Shown here: positions 1 through 10,661 of the stretch, piece by piece
How positions within the stretch are numbered: the first letter of the stretch is position 1
Layout: the number at the start of each line of letters is the position of its first letter
Position numbers and translations under genes: made by a program
The notes under the pieces: model-generated
Databases searched by the model: none
The model's input: the letters and a program-made list of their open reading frames with translations, nothing else
What the model was told of the DNA's origin: nothing
Origin: a virus
Lineage: Duplodnaviria; Caudoviricetes
Virus record (IMG/VR): IMGVR_UViG_3300025131_000031
Location: 1 to 63,847 of that record
Reading direction: 5' to 3' (one strand)
Length of the DNA: 63,847 nt

Positions 1-12
1 AGAGGAACAATA

Positions 13-282
13 ATGAACTTAAAATTCAATTCGAGCAAAGATTATATTTTCAAGTACAAAGATGATAGAAAAGCAGCTGTAGCTGCAAAAAAAATCAATG
101 ATGTGCTCAAGAGTGCTAGGTTTGGCAATAAAGCCAGACTAGCACAAACATATGTTATTATTCCTGAAGGTAAAAAATCTTCATCTATAGATTATGATGT
201 AGAAGGGAAAATTCTTGATATATCTACATCACTAGGTGGAGAAGAACTCTACAAAAAAACAATAACGATCAAACTAAGTTAA
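13..282 (+). CDS. hypothetical protein
   Basis: 89-aa ORF with GAGG RBS upstream; no recognisable motif. Confidence 0.7.
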   Translation: MNLKFNSSKDYIFKYKDDRKAAVAAKKINDVLKSARFGNKARLAQTYVIIPEGKKSSSIDYDVEGKILDISTSLGGEELYKKTITIKLS

Positions 283-295
283 TTGGATATAATAC

Positions 296-2476
296 ATGTT
301 CAAAGCATTTGAAAATGATAGCGAACTCGTTCCTTTCATGGTCAACAATCGCCATAATGTAACTGTATCTACTGGCAGTCCTTCTGCTGATAGTATTCAT
401 TTCTTTACAGGCATTAGATCAATTGGAAAAATTCAGCTCTTTGATATTACAATTCCAGGAGCTTTTGGTCTAACGCTTACCAAAGAACTGAAATATAGAT
501 TTTTGTTTGACAAAACAGCCGTGCCAGGATCATCAATCACAGCGGAAAGAACTGCTGGCACATTTTTGTCAGACCCAGATCAAGATTATAATAGTTCTTC
601 TAATGTAAACTCCTCTGCTTCACACCAATCGTTGTTCAATTATACTCACGGCTATTTATATAGAAACGAAGCTAACTTTGATGCTACTGTTACTGCATTG
701 TTGAGTACGGCTAGTGCGAGTCATGAAATTTCTACATTTAGAATGATTGCGGCTAGACAAGATCTTTATAGATCTTACATAGAGCCAGGATCGGTTAGAT
801 TAGAGATGAATATTTCAAATACTTCATCTACAGGAATTGCAATTGATGCAGCAACTAGTATGGTGAATGCATTAGATTTACAGAATCCATATGAGGGAAA
901 AGCTGGAGCTCCTGAAAAAGCATTCTTTGGAGTTCCCTGGACAAGAGCAATGAGTGCAAACTTTGATGCTTGTACAAGTGCTATCACAGTTGAAGCTATA
1001 TTAAGGCCTTATGAACAGAATTCGGTAGTATTTTGGAGAAGATTATCAACCAATGGATGGGCAGGCGCAGTGGAGGAAACGCAAAATGCATTCATGAAAT
1101 TGGAATTGGTAAAATCTCCTGATAATACAAAAGATGCATTTAGATTCTACATAAGATCTGTTTCGGCAAATGACACATTCACAGAAGACTTTGCTAAAAA
1201 CAGTGTTCAAGCTTCAGGATTATTTGTACCGACTGATGTTGGTATAGATTTATTCGATGGAAAATTTCATCACATTATAGCTTCTTGGGGAGTGAGTGGA
1301 GTAGATGGAAGTACAACTACTGAATCAGGCGCAGGGGCTATATTTGGTTACATAGATGGGTATAAACTTCTCAATAGAGAACAGGTTGATCCGAGGTTAG
1401 GCGGAGCTGACTCAGCAGGGGGCCCTGTAGTACAAGCTAATATGTACGAACAAAGATTTCCTATAAGACCTGATGCTATGAATATTGTAGACAATCAAGA
1501 TGGAACTTCTGGTAATAATATGTATATAGGAATTTCTAATTTCAATAGAGAATCAACAGATCAAATCGGTGATAAAGGAGCTTTAGCTGCAGCAGGAGAT
1601 AATAGACTAGCAGGAGGATATGATGGCCAGATTCAGCACATAAGATTTTGGAAAGCAAGATTCAACGATGGAAGCACTGGCGTCAAACAAAGTGTATCTC
1701 AAATAGTTTCAAATACATCTACTGCTGGAATAAGTTTTGCTAACTTTAAAGATTCTACTCTAACAGCCGGAGCAAATATTTCAGCCGATCTAGTTGGGTG
1801 GTTCAATTTCAATGAGAGAAATACTCTAACTGCAGTTGATGTTTCACAATGGGCCATAACAGGATCTCATGTTGGTAAAGCTAGTACAAATCTATACGAT
1901 GCTACTGATATGACAATAACTGCTAATGAGTTTTCCGATGCTGGTATATCTGGATTCCATAGAACATTTCTATATACTGATGCTCCTGAAGTTGGTATTA
2001 TAAAAAATGAACTCAGTCAAGGAAGAATAGTTAGAAGATCTGCAGATGGTGGAATAACTAGAGTAGGTTTAATCTATTACGATTTGGGAATTATAGTTCT
2101 AGACACAGATGATCCTAATGCTAAGCTTAATTTTTTATATCCATCATCAGGAACAACAGGTGATTTTGGATTTAATGTTACAGGAAATCTGAATTCGGCT
2201 CTCAATGTTGAAAGATATGTATTCAAATCAATCGACACAAGAGGAAGATTGATGGTCAATGCTGTTGGTGAGGGAGATGAATTTAACTTTACAGAAAATC
2301 CAACAGGAGCAAGTCAAGAGAGTGGTGATTCAATATTAGATGAACCTGCGGGATATATAACATCAGTTGGACTATATAATGATGTGGGTGATCTATTAGC
2401 CATTAGCAAATTATCAGTTCCAGTTAGAAAAGATGCGGCAAGAAAAGTAACTACACAAATAAAGTTGGATTTTTAA
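296..2476 (+). CDS. putative virion structural protein with LamG/concanavalin-like region
   Basis: 726 aa, S/T/G-rich; LamG-like segments (ITVEAIL, FHHIIASW, YIDG, GQIQHIRFW); C-terminal YITSVGLYND..DLLAISKL..P.RK motif shared with 3019..3837. Confidence 0.7.
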   Translation: MFKAFENDSELVPFMVNNRHNVTVSTGSPSADSIHFFTGIRSIGKIQLFDITIPGAFGLTLTKELKYRFLFDKTAVPGSSITAERTAGTFLSDPDQDYNSSSNVNSSASHQSLFNYTHGYLYRNEANFDATVTALLSTASASHEISTFRMIAARQDLYRSYIEPGSVRLEMNISNTSSTGIAIDAATSMVNALDLQNPYEGKAGAPEKAFFGVPWTRAMSANFDACTSAITVEAILRPYEQNSVVFWRRLSTNGWAGAVEETQNAFMKLELVKSPDNTKDAFRFYIRSVSANDTFTEDFAKNSVQASGLFVPTDVGIDLFDGKFHHIIASWGVSGVDGSTTTESGAGAIFGYIDGYKLLNREQVDPRLGGADSAGGPVVQANMYEQRFPIRPDAMNIVDNQDGTSGNNMYIGISNFNRESTDQIGDKGALAAAGDNRLAGGYDGQIQHIRFWKARFNDGSTGVKQSVSQIVSNTSTAGISFANFKDSTLTAGANISADLVGWFNFNERNTLTAVDVSQWAITGSHVGKASTNLYDATDMTITANEFSDAGISGFHRTFLYTDAPEVGIIKNELSQGRIVRRSADGGITRVGLIYYDLGIIVLDTDDPNAKLNFLYPSSGTTGDFGFNVTGNLNSALNVERYVFKSIDTRGRLMVNAVGEGDEFNFTENPTGASQESGDSILDEPAGYITSVGLYNDVGDLLAISKLSVPVRKDAARKVTTQIKLDF

Positions 2477-2477
2477 T

Positions 2478-3029
2478 ATGCGTATTAAAACATTAATGGA
2501 AAAACATGGAGCAACATATTCACACAGTTCTACACAAGTGAATCTACCTCAAAGTTTTGCTCAAGAAGTTATGAGGTGGACTAAAGAAAATATTGATGAA
2601 ATTCATATTTATAATAACGCGAGGGATGAATATGGATTAGAAGATGAGATTCATTGTACAGTTTTGTGGGGAATAAATGAAGAAAAACCTAAGGTCACAA
2701 AAAAAATAGTTGGCAAATTCAAACCATTTTCGGTTTCGCTACATAACATCACAAAGTTTGCTACTGAAGATATGTATGATGTTATTCGAATAGATGTTAT
2801 TGGAAATGAGCTAATAGATTTACATCACACTATAGCTGATAGTGTAGATAATGAACAAGCATTCTCTCACTATATGCCACATATAACATTAGGTTATGTT
2901 GATCCTGGTAGTTGCGATTATCTATTAGGCAATACATATTTCAGAGGAAGAAAATTTAGAGTGAATGCTATAGTATTTTCTTCTAAAACAGGACATAAAA
3001 TTCCGTTGAGATTCAGAAATGGCAATTAA
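2478..3029 (+). CDS. 2H phosphoesterase (Acb1/T4 gp57B-like, 2'-5' RNA ligase superfamily)
   Basis: two HxT motifs: IHCTVLWG and PHITLGYV. Confidence 0.8.
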   Translation: MRIKTLMEKHGATYSHSSTQVNLPQSFAQEVMRWTKENIDEIHIYNNARDEYGLEDEIHCTVLWGINEEKPKVTKKIVGKFKPFSVSLHNITKFATEDMYDVIRIDVIGNELIDLHHTIADSVDNEQAFSHYMPHITLGYVDPGSCDYLLGNTYFRGRKFRVNAIVFSSKTGHKIPLRFRNGN

Positions 3030-3837
3030 TCCACTATTACCCATACGAGTAGATAACAGAGTTCAAGGTGCCTATGTAGCGCTGAATCTTGCAGATATTA
3101 TCTATACGAATTTTGAAACTTCAACTACTCTTACATCAACTACCGGTGATGCTAGAACATTGACTGAATCAATTTGCTCATTGACTGCTAATCTGACAGG
3201 AAGTAATTCGGCTCATTATCATGTTGTCAGAAAAAGAGTTGCAGATTTAGGATTTGAACCTTCGTTCACTGCATTCACAGATGGAATGGGCATATATTCT
3301 TTTCGTAAGAGATACTTTGATGCTCATATTAAGAAAGGAACCTTAACAGCTATAGTAGATGCTGGTGATACAGTAAACGCGGGTGATTATAGAGATTCAG
3401 GATCAGGGGCAATGCTAAATGAATCGGATGAAGCTGTTGGAGTAATGCTAAACGATGATGGAATGTTTGTTATAACATCTTCAGCTTCATCACTAGTAAC
3501 ATCAATAACTTCTGTGAAATATCAAGCATATGTTGAAAATACTGAGTTAAGTGTTTTTTGTACTTGTCAACCTGGAGAGTTAAACTATACATTGAATCCT
3601 TCTGCTTTAAACGTAACAGCTGGAGGAAATTATTTAGATGGTGCTTTAACGGGTAGTACAAAAAATGCTGAATTTTATCCTGAATTAGTATCAAGTGGAA
3701 TAGTTTGGCAACCTCATATAACTCATGTTGGGTTGTATGATGATGATAATAATTTATTAGTAGTTGGAAAACTAACTCGACCATTGAGGAAACCTACAGA
3801 CATTCCTCTGACCATTCGCGTGAAAATTGATCTATAA
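3019..3837 (+). CDS. putative virion structural protein (C-terminal paralog of 296..2476)
   Basis: GELNYTLNP ... HITHVGLYDDDNNLLVVGKLTRPLRK mirrors EFNFTENP ... YITSVGLYND..LLAISKL of the 726-aa protein. Confidence 0.7.
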   Translation: MAINPLLPIRVDNRVQGAYVALNLADIIYTNFETSTTLTSTTGDARTLTESICSLTANLTGSNSAHYHVVRKRVADLGFEPSFTAFTDGMGIYSFRKRYFDAHIKKGTLTAIVDAGDTVNAGDYRDSGSGAMLNESDEAVGVMLNDDGMFVITSSASSLVTSITSVKYQAYVENTELSVFCTCQPGELNYTLNPSALNVTAGGNYLDGALTGSTKNAEFYPELVSSGIVWQPHITHVGLYDDDNNLLVVGKLTRPLRKPTDIPLTIRVKIDL

Positions 3838-3865
3838 CTTTTAATGTACAAAAGGAGGTTGTGTA

Positions 3866-5350
3866 ATGGCTTTTAAGTTTGTCCATTCTGGAGCAACAGG
3901 CGACTATCAAACTATATTCAATAGAATTATTGAAGATCCTGAAACTATCAGTTTAACAAACGATACAGCCGGTCCATTGTCTTCACAATCTATTCCATTC
4001 GATGGAATAGATGATTCAATATCTTTTGATAATATTATAATCACAGAAGGAATTGGAGTTTCGGGAGCTTCGGCTGTGAATGTTTCATTTGATGGATTCA
4101 TAAAACACAATTCAACAACAACAGTTGAACGAGCTACATTCTTTGATGCATCAGTTATGAGAAATCTATCAGCAACAACATCAGCTTTTGATGGATTCTA
4201 TATTGGAAGTGTTATTCTGACTGGTGGAAATCATTACATAGAATTTAGAATGAATCATGATGAAGTGTTCTCTTATGTTCTAACTTCAGAAGCAACTATC
4301 ACAACTACAGCTTGGCATAATGTATTCTGCGAATATGCTTCTGGTGCACAAACTATGAATATTTGGATTGATGGAGCTCTTGATAGTTCTAGCACTCTTG
4401 CAGAAGTTATAACAGGATCCCCGCTTGGTGAAAGAGGAATTTCTTGGGGTGGAAGATTAGATGAATTGAGACTATGGTTAGCCACAGGATCGGCTTCCGC
4501 TATAGGACAACTTGCATCAGCGACAGCTATTGGATCTGCACCTGAAGAATTACCAGCTAATGAATTTTCCCCTTCAGCTGAATATTTGGCCTCTTGGTGG
4601 AGATTTGACACGGTTTCTGCTATTCAATTATTCTCTGCAATCGCTGATTCTATAACCGATAGCAGTGCTAATGGTGATCATACAGGAACTCCATCAGGAT
4701 TCCAAGGATCTGATATTGTTTCGTCTGAACAAACTATTATACAAGGATTATCTGCATCAGGAGATTTAGTAGATCTATTGGGAGGCTCATTAGATCATGG
4801 AGGTTTGACAATATTAGATACGTCTAATAATACTCTCAAATATGAACCAGGTCAGCAAAATATGATGAAAGATGATCTCAATGTTTGGACTGTCTCTGGA
4901 GCAGGAGTGTCTCAAGTTATTGATAACAACAATATTTTCTATGGTGCTTCTGGTATTAGAGTCAACACAACAAACAAGGACACAGGAGTATATCAAGATA
5001 TATCTAACTCAGCACTATTATATACTGGGAATACTTATACAATGAGCTTGAGATATAGATCAATTTCAGGTGCTAATCATGCTAGAATAACTTTGTATCT
5101 AGGTGATACAGTTTCATCTGTCACAGGAGTCACAAATCTTAATACTTGGAAACCAATTTATTTATCTGCTATTCACACAGGATCAACCTTATCGGGTAGA
5201 GTAGAAGTGTTAGGAATAGATGATGGGCAAAGCAGTGCATTATTCCAGATAGATGGAATATCAGTTACTGAAGGAGGAGTACCCTTCTCATTTGTTGCAC
5301 CAGATAGAATAAGAAAAGCAGGACAACTTTATTGGCCAATCGAGGACTAA
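3866..5350 (+). CDS. LamG and carbohydrate-binding-like domain structural protein
   Basis: FDGIDD, WHNV, IWIDG, GRLDELRLW LamG-type motifs; strong AGGAGG RBS. Confidence 0.7.
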   Translation: MAFKFVHSGATGDYQTIFNRIIEDPETISLTNDTAGPLSSQSIPFDGIDDSISFDNIIITEGIGVSGASAVNVSFDGFIKHNSTTTVERATFFDASVMRNLSATTSAFDGFYIGSVILTGGNHYIEFRMNHDEVFSYVLTSEATITTTAWHNVFCEYASGAQTMNIWIDGALDSSSTLAEVITGSPLGERGISWGGRLDELRLWLATGSASAIGQLASATAIGSAPEELPANEFSPSAEYLASWWRFDTVSAIQLFSAIADSITDSSANGDHTGTPSGFQGSDIVSSEQTIIQGLSASGDLVDLLGGSLDHGGLTILDTSNNTLKYEPGQQNMMKDDLNVWTVSGAGVSQVIDNNNIFYGASGIRVNTTNKDTGVYQDISNSALLYTGNTYTMSLRYRSISGANHARITLYLGDTVSSVTGVTNLNTWKPIYLSAIHTGSTLSGRVEVLGIDDGQSSALFQIDGISVTEGGVPFSFVAPDRIRKAGQLYWPIED

Positions 5351-6517
5351 ATGAAAACAGTAGATTTTTTAGTAGAAAATGTTGTTAGGTTTGGAGGAAA
5401 CTCTGGAGACTATAATGAGCAGCCAATTTATGTTCTGACAAATAATAGAGCATTAACTGGAAATGATTTCATAGCGCTATATAGAATAAGATCATCTTTC
5501 AATGAAGCTGAATCTGGTTCTTTAGGATTGACTATTGGAACAACAGGAACAATGACTTCAGTTACTGGAGCAAAAGGATTATATCCTGAATCAATAACTG
5601 CAGACACTAATACATCAACAGCAAATGGAAATCAATATACAATCAGTACAGTTATGAATAAAGGAAATAGATTAGATGTAATTGTAAATGATGCAGATCT
5701 TCCTGCAGGAGATTTATCACTAACTGGTCTTCAGTCACTGAATGATTTAAATTATATAGGCACTGGAATTAGACCAGTTCCTGATACACTGGCAACTGAT
5801 GGTTCAACAGGAAAAGCTCAAGTATTATTATACACTTATAATAGAGAAGAACTATCAAGCTCTTTAACTTCTGTTGTAGATAGAAGTGGAAATGAATTGT
5901 TAGGAGAAATAAAAGGTACTGCTTCAGGAGATGCTACTAGTGCAACTGTAACAGGTTGGACTTTTGGTGCCACGGATGGTGGATTTAGATTTGATGGTGC
6001 CAGTTGGATAGAGAGTGCTAGTAGTTCTCTATTTAATGCATCAGGACAATCTAATGGTTATTCATTAATGACACATGCAAAGTTTGCAGCAACTTCTAAT
6101 TCTAGTTTGCTGACAATAGGTGGTAGTGCAACAGAGGTTCTTGCTATCAAAGAAAAAGATGGAGTCATTGAATTGACAATGGGTGCTCAAACTCTAACAG
6201 CTGGTCCTGTAGATCTTGGTAAGTGGTTTCATGTTGGAGTAGTTGTTGAATCTACATCTGCTTCTACTTCTGGTGCTACTATATATCTGAATGGATTTAG
6301 TGCTTCCTTTTCTGCTGCAATGAATTTCTTTCCTGTAGTCAATTCAGATACTAGACTGATAATTGGAAAAGATATAGGATTAGTTGCTTCTGGTTTAACA
6401 GGTAGTATTTCTAATACTAGAATATTCAATAGAACTTTATCAGCTCAAGAGGTTGCTTTAAATTATTTTGCCACAATCCCTTCTTATATAATAGCTGATA
6501 GTTTAAAGATAGGATAG
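5351..6517 (+). CDS. LamG-domain structural protein
   Basis: FDGASWI, WFHVGVV, IYLNG, RIFNRTLSAQEV LamG-type motifs. Confidence 0.7.
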   Translation: MKTVDFLVENVVRFGGNSGDYNEQPIYVLTNNRALTGNDFIALYRIRSSFNEAESGSLGLTIGTTGTMTSVTGAKGLYPESITADTNTSTANGNQYTISTVMNKGNRLDVIVNDADLPAGDLSLTGLQSLNDLNYIGTGIRPVPDTLATDGSTGKAQVLLYTYNREELSSSLTSVVDRSGNELLGEIKGTASGDATSATVTGWTFGATDGGFRFDGASWIESASSSLFNASGQSNGYSLMTHAKFAATSNSSLLTIGGSATEVLAIKEKDGVIELTMGAQTLTAGPVDLGKWFHVGVVVESTSASTSGATIYLNGFSASFSAAMNFFPVVNSDTRLIIGKDIGLVASGLTGSISNTRIFNRTLSAQEVALNYFATIPSYIIADSLKIG

Positions 6518-6569
6518 TCTAATTTATTATAACAATATACGGCAGGTAATATAAACTAAAGGTTACAAA

Positions 6570-7994
6570 ATGGTTACGACAACGGAACAAGAAATACTAC
6601 ACAGAGTTAATGAAGCAATAGATGGCAAATTGGTCCTATCTGTCAAAGGTAACAATAACTTAGACAAGATTGAATCGATAGGTGTTGTATCAAATGACAA
6701 GTACTTCATAACCGATACAATACTTGATCAACAAAATTTTATAAATAGTTTACTAAATGCGATTGAGCTTCAGAACTTGAAGCTCTATGTATATGATTTA
6801 AAAGAATTCTTCAAGCTCGCTTTGAATATTCTCGACGATCATGTCAATTTCAATGTAATTAATAACTTTATCGATCTAAAGCTATATTTATATGACAGGT
6901 TTGGCACAAAGGTTTCTCTATTTGATGAATCAATAATGAAGCTCACAGGTCGTGAAATTTCATTCGGACACCTAGAGCATTATAAGTCATTATATTCCTT
7001 TGATTCGTTTCCTTATCAAGTATTGGTTCCTAAAACCCTTACTGATCTAGTTCACTACGAGTTACAAGCATTAGATAAATTAAGAAAAGTATTCAATATA
7101 AAACCAAAGAAGTATTTAACAATGATGCATATGGCATCATATTGTTATGCTCATATAGAAAGAAATGAATTAAAGATATATCTAGATCCTTGCATTGATC
7201 ATTTAGAATATGATGATATAAAGAGATATTTTTCAGACTATAAAGAAGCAGAGGGATATGCTAGATTGAAGTATAATTTAGATCATACCTCTACAACGAG
7301 GTTATCATCATCGTTCCACAGTATAACACCCGATAAATCTCAGATCATAGTTACAGGTAGAGATGATAGAGCATTTTTAAGAATAGATTGGACAGCATTT
7401 GAATTCAAAGTTTTGTGTAATCATTTCGGAATTAAATTTGGAAGTATAAAATATCCAAAAGAAATTCTAACAATGCCAAATGATCCTTACAAATATGTAG
7501 AAAAGGTTATGACATTTAAGCATGTTACAGAAAAATTTACAAGAGATCAAATAAAGAATAATACCATAAAATGGATGTATGGTTCTAAAAACTACAACAG
7601 AAAAATTATAGAGTTATTGAAATCAGCTTTAATAGGTGTAGAAAAAATAGATCAATGGAAGGAAGAGACTATTAAAGCCCTTCAATTCACAAATCGTTTT
7701 GACAAAAAAATTAAATATGAAAGCAAACAAGATTGTGAACGAAGATGTATTAATAATTTAATCCAGAGTGAGGCGGCATATATATCAACAAAACATACAT
7801 GCCAACTCATGTTCCATTTGATACAAGCTAGAGTACCAGCTAAGATTGTTGCAACTAGATATGATGAAATAATTTTAGAGTTTAACATTGACCAAGAGGC
7901 TGAAATGAAAGAGCTTCTAACTAAAGTAATAGGGCAAGAATACAGTTGCAAAATGTCTATAGCTAAGAAATTCTCGGAGCTTAAAGATGATTAA
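6570..7994 (+). CDS. short family-A DNA polymerase-like protein
   Basis: TRLSS; motif A-like IDWTAFEFKVL; motif B-like RDQIK...MYG; INNLIQSEAA; motif C-like RYDEI. Confidence 0.65.
   Translation: MVTTTEQEILHRVNEAIDGKLVLSVKGNNNLDKIESIGVVSNDKYFITDTILDQQNFINSLLNAIELQNLKLYVYDLKEFFKLALNILDDHVNFNVINNFIDLKLYLYDRFGTKVSLFDESIMKLTGREISFGHLEHYKSLYSFDSFPYQVLVPKTLTDLVHYELQALDKLRKVFNIKPKKYLTMMHMASYCYAHIERNELKIYLDPCIDHLEYDDIKRYFSDYKEAEGYARLKYNLDHTSTTRLSSSFHSITPDKSQIIVTGRDDRAFLRIDWTAFEFKVLCNHFGIKFGSIKYPKEILTMPNDPYKYVEKVMTFKHVTEKFTRDQIKNNTIKWMYGSKNYNRKIIELLKSALIGVEKIDQWKEETIKALQFTNRFDKKIKYESKQDCERRCINNLIQSEAAYISTKHTCQLMFHLIQARVPAKIVATRYDEIILEFNIDQEAEMKELLTKVIGQEYSCKMSIAKKFSELKDD
6918..6945 (+). repeat. 28-bp exact dispersed repeat, copy 1
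   Basis: ctatttgatgaatcaataatgaagctca identical at 20888..20915. Confidence 0.9.
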
Positions 7995-8565
7995 TACAAA
8001 TTTCAGACTTGATAAGAATGATTTGATTACAAGGTTCAAGAAATACATAATGCAATATCAAGATTCTGATGAATTAGAATTTGAACCTGAACACGGTAAA
8101 GATGTTTCATATTCGAAGTTGAATATATTGAAAAAGGTTCAGAAAATCTATGAGTGGATCTTGAAAGAAGTTCTTCTACAAATAAGACAAAATCATATAC
8201 ATGACGATAATGTTTTTAATCAAGTAAAGGGCGGTATCTCAAATTATATCAGAAACAAAATCAGGTCTGCTTCAGATGGTAGTATATATTTGAAGGTTCC
8301 TGATTTAGTAACATTCAATGGAGACATTGAACAATATCATGAATGGGTAGTAAAGAATAAGAAAAATCAGGAACGACTCTTAAGGAAAATTATAGACGAA
8401 TTGAATAATTTCTTAGAAGGAGAAAAAGATGATGACAATAACAAACCAATTTTAAACGACGAAGATTATCAAGAAATAATTACCTTAGAAGATACGATGG
8501 AGTATCTTACGTCCAAGCTTGATGAAATTATCGATTTGGAGAATGAAAGTGACGAAGAAGAATAA
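7987..8565 (+). CDS. hypothetical protein, acidic C-terminus
   Basis: 192-aa ORF coupled to the upstream gene. Confidence 0.7.
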   Translation: MINTNFRLDKNDLITRFKKYIMQYQDSDELEFEPEHGKDVSYSKLNILKKVQKIYEWILKEVLLQIRQNHIHDDNVFNQVKGGISNYIRNKIRSASDGSIYLKVPDLVTFNGDIEQYHEWVVKNKKNQERLLRKIIDELNNFLEGEKDDDNNKPILNDEDYQEIITLEDTMEYLTSKLDEIIDLENESDEEE

Positions 8566-10363
8566 TCTTAATCTTAAAGATATAGATTCACATGTAAATG
8601 AAAGATCATTCGCATACAAGAAAGCTGAAAGCCTGAAGTTAGAATATATCGGATTTGCATACTTTAAAGATCCTGAAACTAATATCATAAAGGCGGTTTC
8701 TATGAAAGAAGGTACAAGATTAAAGCTTTTTAAGGAAGAAGAGACTAAACAGTCTTTAATAAAAGCCCCACCAACTGAAGCCGGCACTGCCAGATTTTAT
8801 TATATTGATGGCGGAAAGGAATTACATATGGTGACTAAAGGGTATGGTGCCAAACAGAATTGGAACGCCGCTTCAGACCGAGATGTTAGAACAAAAAAGG
8901 CTAAAGAAGAAAAAGGCAAAAAAACTGTAGATTTTACAGATAAAAATAAACAACTTAAGAAAATCGATACGGCTAACTCACAAGTATTCAAGGTAGATAA
9001 TAATCTAGATGATGCAACATTCGCAAAGAAAAATAAAGGAAATGAAAATCCTGAACCTCCTCCACATTTTAGGATGCCAAAATTGCCCAAGGGGAAATAT
9101 CCTGTAAAATATCAAAAGGTCTTAGAAAGAATGTTGAATACAAAATCTAATGATACTACTAAAGCTATATCTCATTTTGTAGAAGGAGACGCAGGTGCAG
9201 GACAAATTTCAGCACAAGCTGGAGAATTACTAACAATGATGTTTTCATCTATGGATGATAAAACGTTTAATGCAGTTAGTCAAAAAATATTAGATCATAC
9301 AGAAGCTATTCGAAAAACGCATTGGGACACTAAAAAGCAAAGTCAAACGGTCAATACAGTTGTTGATTCATCATGGGTTAAGGCTGCTATAGGTAATAGA
9401 AACGCTATACATTCTAGAATTTCAAAACAATTCCCAGGCGCTAAAATAATAGCAACATGCTGGGATACTAAAGAAGAAGTAGAAGCATTGGGATTAGATG
9501 ATTATAAAGTCAATAAAGGATTTTCTACTGATATGTACTTGAAACTTCAAGATAAAGATGGTAAAGATATACTGGACGAAGTTTCATTGAAAAAATCTAC
9601 AAAAGTTAATTTTATTAATAGTGGAATATCTAAATTTAAAGATTGGGATCCTCAACTTGAATCTGAATTGGATGGTAACGCTTTTAGAATAGAACAAAGA
9701 AAACGCCTAGAAGCTGGAGTTAAGAAATTCGCTTCAAGCCACAAGAGAATGATGAATAGTAATGCTAAGTATAAATCAGCTATTGAAAAAATGGAAAAAT
9801 CAAAAAAAATAGATTTAGCAACAGCTGCATCTGGCAAAGGATCACATCGTAATGCAGCTAAAGTTATGATGAATGTTTTGGTCGAATTAAGTAAAGCAGG
9901 TAACAAGGAAACAAAAAAATATTTAGATGAACACATGAAACATACAGATAATTTAGCTAATCTAGCCGTTAAAGCGATTACTAACAATGAGAAACTAAAA
10001 GATGGTTTATTGAAAGAAATAAGTTCAGAATTTCCATTAAAATCTGTTGCTAATGGAGAAGAGAATATGGCAATTGGTCAATATTCATTAGATAAATTTA
10101 CTATGGAAAGTATATTTGGAACATCTGATTATGATAAAATAAAAGAGCATTTAATAGCCGAAAAAGATTCTAAAGGCAAACCTTATGTGGGATATAGAGC
10201 TAAAATAGGCGATAAAACAATTCCTATAGCAGAAATAGCAATAAGAGAAAAGGGTAAGGGATATTCAGGAACACCAGCACTTGAAATGAAATTACACAAC
10301 GAGTTTGCTAAATTTTTAGCAAAAGCACACGAACAAGTTTATTCTAGCGGAGAAACAAAGTGA
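8549..10363 (+). CDS. large Lys-rich hypothetical protein, possible PD-(D/E)XK fold
   Basis: long ORF; GTG start chosen from the GGAG RBS; STDMY...EVSLKK resembles a nuclease D...ExK-type motif. Confidence 0.6.
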   Translation: MTKKNNLNLKDIDSHVNERSFAYKKAESLKLEYIGFAYFKDPETNIIKAVSMKEGTRLKLFKEEETKQSLIKAPPTEAGTARFYYIDGGKELHMVTKGYGAKQNWNAASDRDVRTKKAKEEKGKKTVDFTDKNKQLKKIDTANSQVFKVDNNLDDATFAKKNKGNENPEPPPHFRMPKLPKGKYPVKYQKVLERMLNTKSNDTTKAISHFVEGDAGAGQISAQAGELLTMMFSSMDDKTFNAVSQKILDHTEAIRKTHWDTKKQSQTVNTVVDSSWVKAAIGNRNAIHSRISKQFPGAKIIATCWDTKEEVEALGLDDYKVNKGFSTDMYLKLQDKDGKDILDEVSLKKSTKVNFINSGISKFKDWDPQLESELDGNAFRIEQRKRLEAGVKKFASSHKRMMNSNAKYKSAIEKMEKSKKIDLATAASGKGSHRNAAKVMMNVLVELSKAGNKETKKYLDEHMKHTDNLANLAVKAITNNEKLKDGLLKEISSEFPLKSVANGEENMAIGQYSLDKFTMESIFGTSDYDKIKEHLIAEKDSKGKPYVGYRAKIGDKTIPIAEIAIREKGKGYSGTPALEMKLHNEFAKFLAKAHEQVYSSGETK

Positions 10364-10641
10364 AAATCAAAAGATCTCAATTGAAGGAAATTATAAAAGA
10401 AGTAATACGAGAAGGAGCTACATCTCCAGCTGGATTGAAAGATAAACCTGCTAAAGATTATGAAACGTGGAGAGCAGAACTAGAATATATAGCCGATGAT
10501 GTTCTCTATATCCCTAGTATGAAACAAGTCGGAATATCAGAGAGAGAAATCAAACAAGCTTTTAAGAAAAGACATAAAACATGGACTGATGTATTAGTCG
10601 ATCTTGGTTTAGACCCTGATGAAGATTCAGATAATTTCTAA
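10360..10641 (+). CDS. small protein with MKIKRSQLKEIIKEVIRE leader (putative head-packaged)
   Basis: N-terminal motif shared with 10662..11075. Confidence 0.7.
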   Translation: MKIKRSQLKEIIKEVIREGATSPAGLKDKPAKDYETWRAELEYIADDVLYIPSMKQVGISEREIKQAFKKRHKTWTDVLVDLGLDPDEDSDNF

Positions 10642-10661
10642 ACTAACAAGGAGAAAAAATA

